In this document: in pieces, positions 1-10,500 of the stretch
Position numbering within the stretch: the first letter of the stretch is position 1
Layout of the letters: the number at the start of each line of letters is the position of its first letter
IMG/VR virus record: IMGVR_UViG_3300022924_000018
Span: 1-64,000 of that record
DNA length: 64,000 nucleotides
Source: a virus
Strand: one strand, 5' to 3'
Position numbers and translations under genes: made by a program
The notes under the pieces: model-generated
What the model saw: the letters and a program-made list of their open reading frames with translations, nothing else
Told to the model about the DNA's origin: nothing
Databases searched by the model: none

Positions 1-66
1 TAAGAAAATTCACTTAGATTCAGATATGATGATGGAGAGTTAAGTAACTATAGCGATTTCAGTAAT

Positions 67-3000
67 GTGCCTTTACCTCCAAAAGAAAGCTTTACAGGAG
101 TTAATGCGATTCCTACAGATAACAATGGAATAAAGATTACAATTCAAACAGGAAGCAGGATAGTAACTCAAATAGAGATTGCTATGGTAGCACCTAAAGA
201 TGATTTGCCAAATCCTGCATGGGTTACAATTGCTACATTAGATAAAAAGAAGTTAAACATTCCTGACAATAGCCAGTTTGTATATAACTTTTACAATGAC
301 GGTAGTTACCCTGTTTCTAATTTAGAAAAGATTATACGTCCATACTCATTTTTACCTAAAGCACCTTTATGTCAGGCAAAAGCCCGTAATTCTATAGTAT
401 ATAGCAATTTTAATGAAGGATTTGCTGATGTGCCATTGGATACAGACTTAGAGGTTACTTATGAAGATTTATTTATTGAAGAGGGTACGGAAAACATTTT
501 TAATGAACCTGATTTTTCTTTTACTGACATTCCAAATACAGGCGCATATTTATACAATAGGAATTTAAATCATGGACAGTATAGGGATTTGGATGATAGC
601 CTTCATTTTGTTACTTCAAATAAAAGAGCTAATAGCTTAAAAGTAACAATAGGTAATGATGTAAAAAAAGGTAACATCTACACAGGACAAATGAGTAATG
701 GTGTTCATACCTTTTACGTTAGTTATGAAGCAAAAGTAACTGATACAGCTTTAACTGTAGCGAATGAAATAAAACAACAATTATTAAATCAGACAGGCGG
801 TAATGGTGGAAACATCATTAAACAGATAATGGGCAACATTAAGCCTGCGGAAACACAGCCCGTTCGTAATATTTACATCAATACAGATGATGGTTTAGGA
901 AATATATCTTTTGAGTTTTCGATTATAGATTATACTGATGGAGGATACTATGGCGCAAGTGCAAGTGTTAATCCTGTTCAGTTTAATACATTAAAAGATA
1001 CGGGACAAAGCATCAGCAACATGAAGCTTGGTGCAGGTATTAAGTTTGGTATCATGTACGAGGATTTTCAAGGACGTAGAAGTCTTGTTTATACTGATGA
1101 TAACCTTATTACCACAACTGCTAGTCAAAATACATTAGGGGGCATCAAAGCGCCTGTAGTAACTTTAACAATAAGACATTTTCCTCCTATATGGGCTAGA
1201 TACTACCAGATTGTAAGAACAAGGGATTTAACCTATGCTGACTTCATACAAATGATAATTCAGAAGGTTATTGACGTTCCTGTTACTAATAGTGGAGGAG
1301 ATTACTTGGATTTAGTTGTAGGTAGTTTATATACTTATCAAAAGATACATCCCAACACTACTCTTCAATATACTTTTAAAAAAGGGGATAGATTAAGGGT
1401 TATTACTAAAGGTGATGGTAGTTATTATCCTTTCTTTGAAACAGAAATTCTTTCTTACAAGGACACAACAACAGAGGTTATAAACTCTAACTTAACTGTT
1501 AACGGCACAGACACGATTACGGTAGATTCTGCAAATTCTGATAATATTGGCAGATTTATTTTGGTTGATGGAAATGAGAGAGAGATTTTAGCTGCCCCTA
1601 GTGGTACAACATATACCGTAGATTCCCCTATTGGAGTAGCTAGTCAGCCTCCTTATTTATCATACGAATTAATTGACAGGAGGGGTTTATTAAGAATAAG
1701 AAGACCAAGCACAGCTAGTGGTGTAGTTTTAGATGATCTATCGTTAGTTGAGATATTTACACCAAGTTTGAGTGGGGATACTTTAGGTCAAAAGCAATTC
1801 TTTCATTTTAATAAGAAGTTTGACATATTGAATGCGGGAACTGCAACACGGTATCATTCAGCAAATCAACAATCTCAAAGCGCAGTAACAGATGCTATTG
1901 TAAGGATAACAGAAGGAACGGTATATGTAAGAAACAGGGAGATGCCTATTACCAATACAATTCCAAATGCACAGGTAGAAATTAAAACAATTGAAGACCC
2001 TAGTTATTCAGACTTTTATTATAGTGAATTAAATGATAACGGCAGAGATAACGTAGAGGATAATAAGCAAGGCGTAGTGCATTTTGGAGACAGAATGAGG
2101 TATTCTAACATAGAAATAGAGAACACCGCTATAAATGGCTTAAATGACTTCGATAACTTAGATAGAGAAGATTATAATGATAAGTATGGTTTCTTTAAAC
2201 TTACGATTGCTACTGAAAATCAGATTTTAGCTTTTAAAGAATTAAAAGATTGTATAGTACCTGTATTCCAAACAGTAATTCAAGATAATTCAGGACAAGA
2301 GTTGTTGGGGGCAAGCAAAAAACTGCTTAATGATATAAGATACTATTCTCACGATGGCGGTATTGGTGATAATCCTGAAAGCTATTGTAGAAATGAAGGA
2401 CAGCATTACCATGTATCGGCAAATTCAGGATGCTATGTTAGATTGAGTCGTGACGGAGTTACACCTATTAGTCAGATATACTTTTTTGATAATGAAGCAA
2501 GGGCAATTTTAGCAAGAGCCAGTGCTAATAACACAAAAATATTTGGAGAATTTGATAGGCTATTGGCATCAGTGGTTTGGTATGTGGAAGGTTACAATGA
2601 AAAGAGCTTCTCTCAAGGCTTTAATGGGGCTACATGGGAAGTTTTATCTCCCGCATTAGTTAGTCCCGTACAGACCATTGTAACGCCTCCTACGAATGGG
2701 GTACTTAGTACCGACCCAACAGGATTAACTGTTTATACTCCAAATACAGATTTTGTAGGCAACGATAGTTTTACTTATTCAACTGTAGGTGGTGTAATTA
2801 GAAAAGTTTGCATAAGGGTAGATGATGTTCCTCAAAGACCTACAGGATGGAGACAACAAGTAGGTTCAGAGTTCTGTGTTGAGGAGATGGGCGAGAATAA
2901 TGGCAAACAAGGATGGTTGGTGTTAGAAGAATACTATTTAGATGATTCTAGTGTAACAGGGAATGAAAAGCCTAACGATGAAACTGACCCTAATTATGTG

Positions 3001-3759
3001 CCGCCTATAGATAATTTAGTAGATTGTCCACTTCCAATACCTCCAACACCTGCTACGGTTCATTATAGCCTTAGTAGAGATGCTTCGCCTTATGTTGATG
3101 GAAACATGGGTCTACAGAAGAATGGTGGTTCTAGCGAGCTTATAACATTCGTAGGAACAGGAGATAGCACCTTAGGTTTTAATGTTGGGGACACTTTAAC
3201 CGTAAACACCTTCCACTATCATTTAGCTGTTAGATGGCCTGATGACGCTAGTTTAACTGTTAACATACGTGAAGGTGGAATTGGTGGAACAATAATATAT
3301 ACTTTTACAGGCGGGTCAGTTGGTTTAGCTGATGTATATAGCCATAGTGAAGTATTGACACTAACAGAATATACTGTAGAAGTAACTACAAATAGTACAG
3401 ATGCAACGCTTAAAACCCCTCCAATGGGTTATGAGTTAATTAATAACACAGCAATTGCAGATGGACTTATATTGGTTAGCGCTACTGATACGACTACAGC
3501 AATAATTATGTTGGGAGAGTCACCTTCTCAAGTTCCAGTTCCAGTAACAGGAAGTCCAAGATCAGGGTCTTACAACATGAAGGATGATGCTAACACACAA
3601 AGTATTTTTGTAAATAATACAAGTAGCAGTTCTATTGACGTAACAGTAACGACAGTTCCAAGTGGAGGTTCATTTACAGATACCCAAACGATATTAGCAG
3701 GGGCAACATATAACTTTACAGGTGTGGATAAGGTTGGATTTAGATTAACAGTTAACTAA
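67..3759 (+). CDS. Tail stabilisation/muzzle-like virion protein (crAss-like), with Ig-like Big_9-type insert; probably 5'-incomplete
   Basis: Motifs FGIMYEDFQGRRS, PPIWARYYQIVR, INGLNDFD, GGIGDNPES, VRLSRDGVTPIS; YTPNTDFVGNDSFTY Ig-like motif at ~2680-2820. Confidence 0.7.
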   Translation: MPLPPKESFTGVNAIPTDNNGIKITIQTGSRIVTQIEIAMVAPKDDLPNPAWVTIATLDKKKLNIPDNSQFVYNFYNDGSYPVSNLEKIIRPYSFLPKAPLCQAKARNSIVYSNFNEGFADVPLDTDLEVTYEDLFIEEGTENIFNEPDFSFTDIPNTGAYLYNRNLNHGQYRDLDDSLHFVTSNKRANSLKVTIGNDVKKGNIYTGQMSNGVHTFYVSYEAKVTDTALTVANEIKQQLLNQTGGNGGNIIKQIMGNIKPAETQPVRNIYINTDDGLGNISFEFSIIDYTDGGYYGASASVNPVQFNTLKDTGQSISNMKLGAGIKFGIMYEDFQGRRSLVYTDDNLITTTASQNTLGGIKAPVVTLTIRHFPPIWARYYQIVRTRDLTYADFIQMIIQKVIDVPVTNSGGDYLDLVVGSLYTYQKIHPNTTLQYTFKKGDRLRVITKGDGSYYPFFETEILSYKDTTTEVINSNLTVNGTDTITVDSANSDNIGRFILVDGNEREILAAPSGTTYTVDSPIGVASQPPYLSYELIDRRGLLRIRRPSTASGVVLDDLSLVEIFTPSLSGDTLGQKQFFHFNKKFDILNAGTATRYHSANQQSQSAVTDAIVRITEGTVYVRNREMPITNTIPNAQVEIKTIEDPSYSDFYYSELNDNGRDNVEDNKQGVVHFGDRMRYSNIEIENTAINGLNDFDNLDREDYNDKYGFFKLTIATENQILAFKELKDCIVPVFQTVIQDNSGQELLGASKKLLNDIRYYSHDGGIGDNPESYCRNEGQHYHVSANSGCYVRLSRDGVTPISQIYFFDNEARAILARASANNTKIFGEFDRLLASVVWYVEGYNEKSFSQGFNGATWEVLSPALVSPVQTIVTPPTNGVLSTDPTGLTVYTPNTDFVGNDSFTYSTVGGVIRKVCIRVDDVPQRPTGWRQQVGSEFCVEEMGENNGKQGWLVLEEYYLDDSSVTGNEKPNDETDPNYVPPIDNLVDCPLPIPPTPATVHYSLSRDASPYVDGNMGLQKNGGSSELITFVGTGDSTLGFNVGDTLTVNTFHYHLAVRWPDDASLTVNIREGGIGGTIIYTFTGGSVGLADVYSHSEVLTLTEYTVEVTTNSTDATLKTPPMGYELINNTAIADGLILVSATDTTTAIIMLGESPSQVPVPVTGSPRSGSYNMKDDANTQSIFVNNTSSSSIDVTVTTVPSGGSFTDTQTILAGATYNFTGVDKVGFRLTVN

Positions 3760-4661
3760 TGGGAAGCGTAACAGTATTAAAGAACAGTAGTGTTAGTATA
3801 GACCTAGCAATAGATTACAGGGATAATGGATGGACTATATCAGGTGGTGTAGCTACGCACTCTGCTTGCAATTCAGGGCTGATTAAGCTTAATGGGTTTC
3901 CATTTAAAGTTGGTGTGCCTAATGTTTTTAGGTATGTGGTTTCGGGATATGCAAGTGGTGGAGTTAATATTAATGTAGGGGCACAATCGGGAGCAACAGA
4001 TACAAGTAATGGAGTAAAGTTTGTTACGCTTACGCCAAATACAGTTAACGACCAAATATCCTTTTATTCAGATGGCAACCTTTCGGTGGAATTACTAGAA
4101 GTATATACGGATACTTTTGAAGAGACTGCTGTAGCAATGTATTTTAGCGAGCCTAACAACCGTTGGACTATGTATTCATCTATTAGGCCAGACTTCATGT
4201 TAAAGTTCATTACAAGCTTTTATATGTGGCAAAACGGGGTATTATGGGAGTCTCATACTAATCCTGCACACAATAACTTTTTCGGGGTACAATATCCAAG
4301 TATAATTACGTTCTATGTTAATTTAGAGCCTACAGTAGTTAAGAACTTTTTTAGCGTAAGAGAAAAGTCAAATAAGGTATGGGCTGTTACTGATGTGGAG
4401 ATAATGGAGAGTTATGGTAAGCCTAACGGACAGAGGTCAAGAATTAAGTCGGGGAACTTTAAACATCTTATGGGTGATTATTTCGCAGACTTCTTGCGTG
4501 ACCAAAATGACCCGAGATTTGCAAATCAACTTGATGCTTTAATGAGAGGCGCTCTACTTCAAGGCAACGTAGCCAAGATTACCATAGAAAACAATGATGA
4601 AACAGAGGTTAGGTTGCTTAGTGTAGACGTAATTGTAAGCAAGCAAGAGTATACCTATTAA
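3759..4661 (+). CDS. Virion protein carrying the C-terminal part of the stabilisation/muzzle family
   Basis: FSEPNNRWTMYSSIRPD and HNNFFGVQYPSIITF motifs; TAATG overlap with upstream gene. Confidence 0.6.
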   Translation: MGSVTVLKNSSVSIDLAIDYRDNGWTISGGVATHSACNSGLIKLNGFPFKVGVPNVFRYVVSGYASGGVNINVGAQSGATDTSNGVKFVTLTPNTVNDQISFYSDGNLSVELLEVYTDTFEETAVAMYFSEPNNRWTMYSSIRPDFMLKFITSFYMWQNGVLWESHTNPAHNNFFGVQYPSIITFYVNLEPTVVKNFFSVREKSNKVWAVTDVEIMESYGKPNGQRSRIKSGNFKHLMGDYFADFLRDQNDPRFANQLDALMRGALLQGNVAKITIENNDETEVRLLSVDVIVSKQEYTY

Positions 4662-4679
4662 ATAATATAAATCATTTAC

Positions 4680-4687
4680 TACCTTTG
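4680..4687 (+). promoter_or_regulatory. Bacteroidota sigma70-type -7 box (TACCTTTG)
   Basis: Matches TAnnTTTG, ~25 nt upstream of ATG 4712. Confidence 0.5.
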
Positions 4688-4711
4688 AGATAGTAATTTA
4701 AACTTAAACAC

Positions 4712-5383
4712 ATGGCAGCATCTACAGGAGGCTTATCTACAGGGAGTTTAGTAAGCGCAGGAATTAGTTTACTGCCTGCCTTGTATAAAGGAATTTCAGG
4801 CATATTTCAAAAGAGTCAGGCTAACAGAATAAACCCAACAGACCCAGGATATAAACTTAACACCGGGGTTATAAATAACGCAAGGGTTTTATCTGATAGG
4901 TCAAATAACTACCAATTGGCAGGATATAACGATGCTGTAGATAATATCAACTCTACAAGCGCAACAGCGTTTAATAATGGAGTGCAAGGCGCTACAAGCG
5001 GTGGTGATGTATTAGACCTAGCTACTAAGATTGCTTATGGTCAGGGACAACGTTTAAATGATTTGGCTGTTAACAATGCGCAAGGAAAAGATCAGGCTTT
5101 ATTACAGTCTTTGAATGCAGATGCAGCAGCAGGAGAAGAGTATCAACAAAAGAATGCTTATGATAGGGATGTTTACCAACAGAAATTAAGACAGAAAGCA
5201 GCATTGATACAGAGTGCAAACCAAAATATTTATGGAGGTATTGATGATGCAGCACAAGTTGGTTCAAGTTTATTGAATCCTATGCCTATGGGAGATACAA
5301 GTTCAACTACAGGAGGTGGTTTAAGTCCTGCACAAATACAAGCATATAATCAATTGAGAGCAAGAAGAGGTTTAGTAAGTTAA
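4712..5383 (+). CDS. Putative internal virion/ejected (pilot-like) protein
   Basis: G/A/Q/N-rich, hydrophobic N-terminus, follows tail genes. Confidence 0.55.
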   Translation: MAASTGGLSTGSLVSAGISLLPALYKGISGIFQKSQANRINPTDPGYKLNTGVINNARVLSDRSNNYQLAGYNDAVDNINSTSATAFNNGVQGATSGGDVLDLATKIAYGQGQRLNDLAVNNAQGKDQALLQSLNADAAAGEEYQQKNAYDRDVYQQKLRQKAALIQSANQNIYGGIDDAAQVGSSLLNPMPMGDTSSTTGGGLSPAQIQAYNQLRARRGLVS

Positions 5384-5385
5384 TT

Positions 5386-6996
5386 ATGGCAGTAGATTTA
5401 AATACAGTTCCATTAGGTCAAGCGGGTACGGGTGCTGCGTTTGTATTAGGTAATAGCCAAGCTGCTGACCAATTTGCTCAAACACAAGCAAGAAATCAAC
5501 AATACGCTTATCAGAATGCTTTACGTCAACAACAAGAGGCAGCAAAGAAAGCAGCGTTATGGCAACAAAACGCTTTAAAGGTTGAAGGTGGTTTATATTG
5601 GAAGCCTGAATTTGACAAAATGTATCAGACTCATTTGGAAGATGGCATTAAACTACGTCAAGCAGGAATTAATCCTTACGACTATAATCCTAACGACCCA
5701 AACCAAGCTCAAAAAGCCGAACCATATTTATTAGAAAGAGAAAGAATACTTCAAGATACTAAAAACAGAAAAGCTACTGAAACTGAAATCGCAAAAAGAT
5801 TTAGTGCTATTACAACCAATCCAAGTAAATATGAACCCGAAGATATTGACGCTTTAAACGAATACATTAATACACCATATTCACAAGCTAAAAACATTCC
5901 TGTGCCTACATTAAGAGAGGCATTTAATGTTGATAGGGATTTAGTTGCTAAATTAGACCCTGTAACGTTTCAAACAAGCAAAACAGTAGGCAATACTAAG
6001 ATTGATGAGAACAAGATGTTGGTAGAGCCTACAAAGCGAAATATTGAAACTTTAATAGCGGATACTGATACAGGTAAAAGATGGATTAAAAGACAAACAG
6101 GGTTAACGCCTAGTGAAGCTAAAAACATTCCTGATACTTTTGAGGCTAATAAAAAAAGATTGATGGAGGAGTACAAGGGCAATCCTGATATGAGGACTAA
6201 ACTGGCTGCACAATTTGGTATAACAGGTGAGAGTCAGGAATTAGACGATCTGTTAAATCAACAAGCAATGGAAGATGTAAGGAAGAAACAGGCTTATAAT
6301 GGTGTTATAAATCAATATACAGAATTGGCTAGAGCAAAAGCTAACGAGTTTGTTAAAACTAACCCTGACTTTAGAATAGAAGATCAGGCAATGCAGCGTG
6401 AAGGACTTCAATTACGCAGGGAAGCTAACAACAGAGAAAGAGTAAAGTTTAACGAGAGAGGACGAGCAACTTCACAAGGAGAAGCAGAAGACTTAGTTAT
6501 ACCATTTGCTGATGGCAAAGGTGTTGCGGAAGGAAAAGGTTATGTTAAAGTACCCATGGCTACTAAAAACTTTGCAGGAACAAAAGGCGCTATTGACTTG
6601 TCTACAGGTAAGCCTGTTGATTTAACTAATTCATCTAATGATTATCAGGTAGTAGGAGTAGCTAACTTCCCTTTCATCAACAAAGAGGTGAAGGATAATG
6701 CAGGTAACAGTATTCCAAAAGGTTCATTGGCACAACCTAACTTTGCTAAGGGTAATAGTGATATAGTAAACGAAAAACCAATGATACACGTGCAGTTGAA
6801 AGAAGGAGATTTGGTATCTGATTACTTAGTTCCTTTTGATAGAATGCCACAGAACTTAACAAAGAACGACAAGGCTATTTTAAGCAGTTTTAAGCCCGCA
6901 ACAGGAAGTAACACAACACAAAGTACTAATAAACAAAAAGAGTTGCCTAAATCAGTAACAAGTAAATTCAAAAACGTTCCTAAAGGAGGATTTTAA
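5386..6996 (+). CDS. Putative internal virion/ejected protein
   Basis: 536 aa, Q/A-rich helical N-terminus, operon position. Confidence 0.5.
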   Translation: MAVDLNTVPLGQAGTGAAFVLGNSQAADQFAQTQARNQQYAYQNALRQQQEAAKKAALWQQNALKVEGGLYWKPEFDKMYQTHLEDGIKLRQAGINPYDYNPNDPNQAQKAEPYLLERERILQDTKNRKATETEIAKRFSAITTNPSKYEPEDIDALNEYINTPYSQAKNIPVPTLREAFNVDRDLVAKLDPVTFQTSKTVGNTKIDENKMLVEPTKRNIETLIADTDTGKRWIKRQTGLTPSEAKNIPDTFEANKKRLMEEYKGNPDMRTKLAAQFGITGESQELDDLLNQQAMEDVRKKQAYNGVINQYTELARAKANEFVKTNPDFRIEDQAMQREGLQLRREANNRERVKFNERGRATSQGEAEDLVIPFADGKGVAEGKGYVKVPMATKNFAGTKGAIDLSTGKPVDLTNSSNDYQVVGVANFPFINKEVKDNAGNSIPKGSLAQPNFAKGNSDIVNEKPMIHVQLKEGDLVSDYLVPFDRMPQNLTKNDKAILSSFKPATGSNTTQSTNKQKELPKSVTSKFKNVPKGGF

Positions 6997-6998
6997 TA

Positions 6999-7310
6999 AT
7001 GGCAGAAGAATTAGAACAAGTAGTAGAAGAACAACCAAAACCAAGTATCTACAAGTTTTTAAAAGATAATGGTTTAACTACTAAAGATGAGGCTACTTTC
7101 GGTAAAGAATATTCTACTCCTGAAAAACAAAAGGAGTTGTATGAGTTTATGAAGGGAAACCAACTTACAACTAAAGATTTAGCAACATTCAGCTCCGACA
7201 ACTTCGGGGCTTTTAAAAAATACGGACAACCCAAATCAAGTTTCTACACAAGATTTAAGCAATGGATTAACAACATCTGGTACGCAATCATCAACTTCCC
7301 AAGAGGATAA
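6999..7310 (+). CDS. N-terminal part of large cargo protein (two internal LTTKD..F repeats); probable +1 frameshift into next ORF
   Basis: ORF track; CTTTTAAAAAAT at 7210-7221; +1 frame open from 7183 to 13254. Confidence 0.6.
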   Translation: MAEELEQVVEEQPKPSIYKFLKDNGLTTKDEATFGKEYSTPEKQKELYEFMKGNQLTTKDLATFSSDNFGAFKKYGQPKSSFYTRFKQWINNIWYAIINFPRG

Positions 7311-7506
7311 CACTACCTACGGTACAATTCCATTAGAAGACGTTACAGTAAGCGCTAAGAGAGTAAATCCTTTAGTTGGTAACGACCTTCAATCTCAAAT
7401 ACCTCAAGCAAGACAACAAGAGTTAGTACAAGATGTTAATGCCAATCCTAAGGAGTTTCTTCCAAAAGAACAACCACAGGAACATTGGTATAATGTAGGG
7501 GGCGCT

Positions 7507-10500
7507 ATGCTTCAAGCAATACCTAAATCCGTATATAAAACCGCATCAGACGTTATTCAGTCTCAAATTAACTCTATATCTCCTAAAGATAAATCCATTA
7601 AAAGCAATGATGGTAAAAGTTTAGCTGAACAGTATTTTAGAGACGTTCTAAGCATCTTTGATGATAAAAACATAGTTGATGTAGCCAAGAACCTTAATCC
7701 CGCTATGAACTCTTTAAATGAGCTTTCTAGGAGTGTAGTAAATTCAAATGTTTCCCAAGAGCAAAAGAATGAAACCATTAAGGAGTTAAACAAAATGAAA
7801 GCTTCTATTCAAGGTCGTGTTAACATGATGGATGAATATGCAGCAAGAAATCCTTATCCACAAAACATAGCTACGAATACGGCTGTAGGAATAGCAGGAA
7901 TGCTACCTGATATAGCTGTAGCAGGATTGGGTGGAGCAGGAGCAACGGGAGAAGCTTTAGCAGCAAGAGTTGGTAGCGCTATAGAAGGTAAAGTACCTGC
8001 AATAGTTCAGAAGTTAGCACCTAAAGCAGCAGCGTTATTAGAAAGGTCTGTCAAAGCACCGTTTACTAAAGTAATGGCAGCTAAAGGCGCAGCAGAGGGT
8101 GGTGCATCCAACGCTCAATCACCTTTATTAGGAATGGTAGAGGGAGGACTAAAAGGAACAGGAGAGGGTATGTATATGCATGTTCTTGGAGAAGCAGCGG
8201 GGAAGGTAAGTCCATACATATCCAAAGTAATAGGAAAAACAGGAGCATCAAGCGAAATATCAACAGCTATTGCTAATCCATTGGCTAATGCAGGAGTATT
8301 CACAGCAGGGAAGGCTATTAGAACTCCTTTAGAGGAGGGGAGAATGGCTACGCAGGAAGAACTTGAACACGAAATGGCTATGGGTATAGGGTTTAGTCTT
8401 TTGCATGCAGGACAAACGTTTAAAACGCATCAGGAGGCTAATCATTTTTACGAGAACACTTTAAAGACAGACCCACAAGAAAGTTTAGGTAGAATATTAA
8501 ATGAAAAGCCTGAAAACATATTGAGGGACTATAACCCTGAATTGAATGTTAAAGACTTAACAGAGGCACGTAATGAGTTGAAAGATGCTATTATTAAAGA
8601 ACCTGATTTAGCTGTTAAAAAGCAATTAGGAGAAGAGGCATTGAAAATACAAAATCAATTAGATGCTAAAGAGGCGGTAGAGGGAATTGTAAAAGATAAG
8701 GATGCCTTGGTTGAGATGGTAGCGAAGTTACCTGAATTAAATCCTAAACAGAAAGAGGAGTATGTAACTAAGATTGAGCAGATAGCAAATGATTATGACC
8801 CTGTAGAAGTTGAAAAAAATACACTGAATAATAAAATTCAGAAGTCACAGGACAATATAGATTATTGGGAAGGCAGATTAAAAGAAGAGAAAGTTCCTTC
8901 TGAAAGAATGGAGATTGAAAAGTCAATAGATAACAATAAAAAGTTTATTGAAGATGATACAAAACGACTTAAAGAAATTATAGACACCCCAAAAGAAATT
9001 AAGCCTGTAGAAGAAGTTAAAGCAGAAGAACAACCAACTACACCAAAAGAAAAAGAAACTCCTTTAGAAAAAACTAAAACACCATTAAATGAAACAAAAG
9101 AACAGCCTATACCTAAAGTTGAGAATGTGGAAGAGGTATCAGCACCTAAGACAGAAAAAGCAAGTCCAACGGCAGGAGAAGAAAGCGTAAAAAAAGGTGA
9201 ACTGAAAGACAAAACCTACACTACTAATGATGGCGAAAAGCTAGACATAAAAATATTTGATGGCATAAATGGCGAGGTAGAGAGTGTTTCTGATATAAAA
9301 AATAAGGATAGGTTATCATTTTCATTGTTTAATGATAAAGGTCAATCTGTTGCAGGAGTAAGTTTTTGGAAAGATAAAGATGGCAAGTGGGTATCTAATA
9401 TGACTAATGTTAGTGAAGGATACCGAAGAAAAGGTATTGCAACGGCAATGTACCAATTCGCTAAAGAGAACGGGTATGATATTAAGTCTTCTGATTTTAG
9501 GTCTGAAATAGGAAATAAATTCACCAATAAGTTTTTTAAAGAAAATAAACCTTTTGATTTAGAAGAAAGACAAGCAGAATTAAGAGCAAAAGAAAATGTT
9601 AGTGATAATAAACAACCTACCGTTAAAGGAGAAACTAAAGCTAATGCAGAAGTTATACAACCTACCAAAGATGACGGAAGAAGAAATGAATCTAAAGCTG
9701 AAAGAGTTGGAACAGCAGATCAAGAAGACACAGGAGTAAGCGGTATTAAGAAAAAGCTTGTAAGTGATGAGATAATTGAAGGTGTAAACATTGATAAAAT
9801 CTCTGATAAAGAAATGCAGGACTTAGGGAAGAAGCTTATTGATACAGGAGAGATTAAGCCTAAAGAGATTGTAGATGAAATAGCAGGTATGCGACGAAAG
9901 GTTACAATAAAGGGTAGAGATTGGGTTGATGAACGCACTGATAGTAATCCGAGAGCTTTACAACCAAAAGAGGTTGTTGCCTTAATCCATTACAAAGCTA
10001 CTTTAGATAATGAGCGTAGAGAACTTTTAACAGAAAGCAATAAGTTAGCATCGGAAGGGAAATCAACTAAAGCTGTAGACGCTAAATTAGCCCGTTTACA
10101 AGACGATATTAACTCATATGATGTTATGTCAGTTATCACAGCACAACAACAGTCATTAGCGTTTAGATTGAGAAAAGGATTGCTTGATAAAGACTACAAC
10201 TTAGTTGAACAGATTGAACAGTATAAGAAAACTAACGGAGGTGAAATACCTGCTGATGTTGAAGCTAAATTCAAGGCATTAAATAAAGAGTTAACAGACT
10301 TAAAAGAAAAGATTGCCGTAGCCGAAAAGAAAGCGCAGGAGGCATCGGATAGTCAGGCTATAGATAACATCAAACAAGATGTAGAACGTAGCGATAAGAC
10401 GAGGAAATCAAGCCTATCGACAACAGAACAAGCAAGAAAAAAAGAGTTAGCTAAAAAGTACAGGGTATTTAATGATGTATCCCGTATTGTAACATTAATT

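Noticed and set aside
9188-9198. GTAAAAAAAGG as a second slippery site
   Set aside because: Reading frame continues uninterrupted; A-runs are common in Lys-rich AT-rich genes
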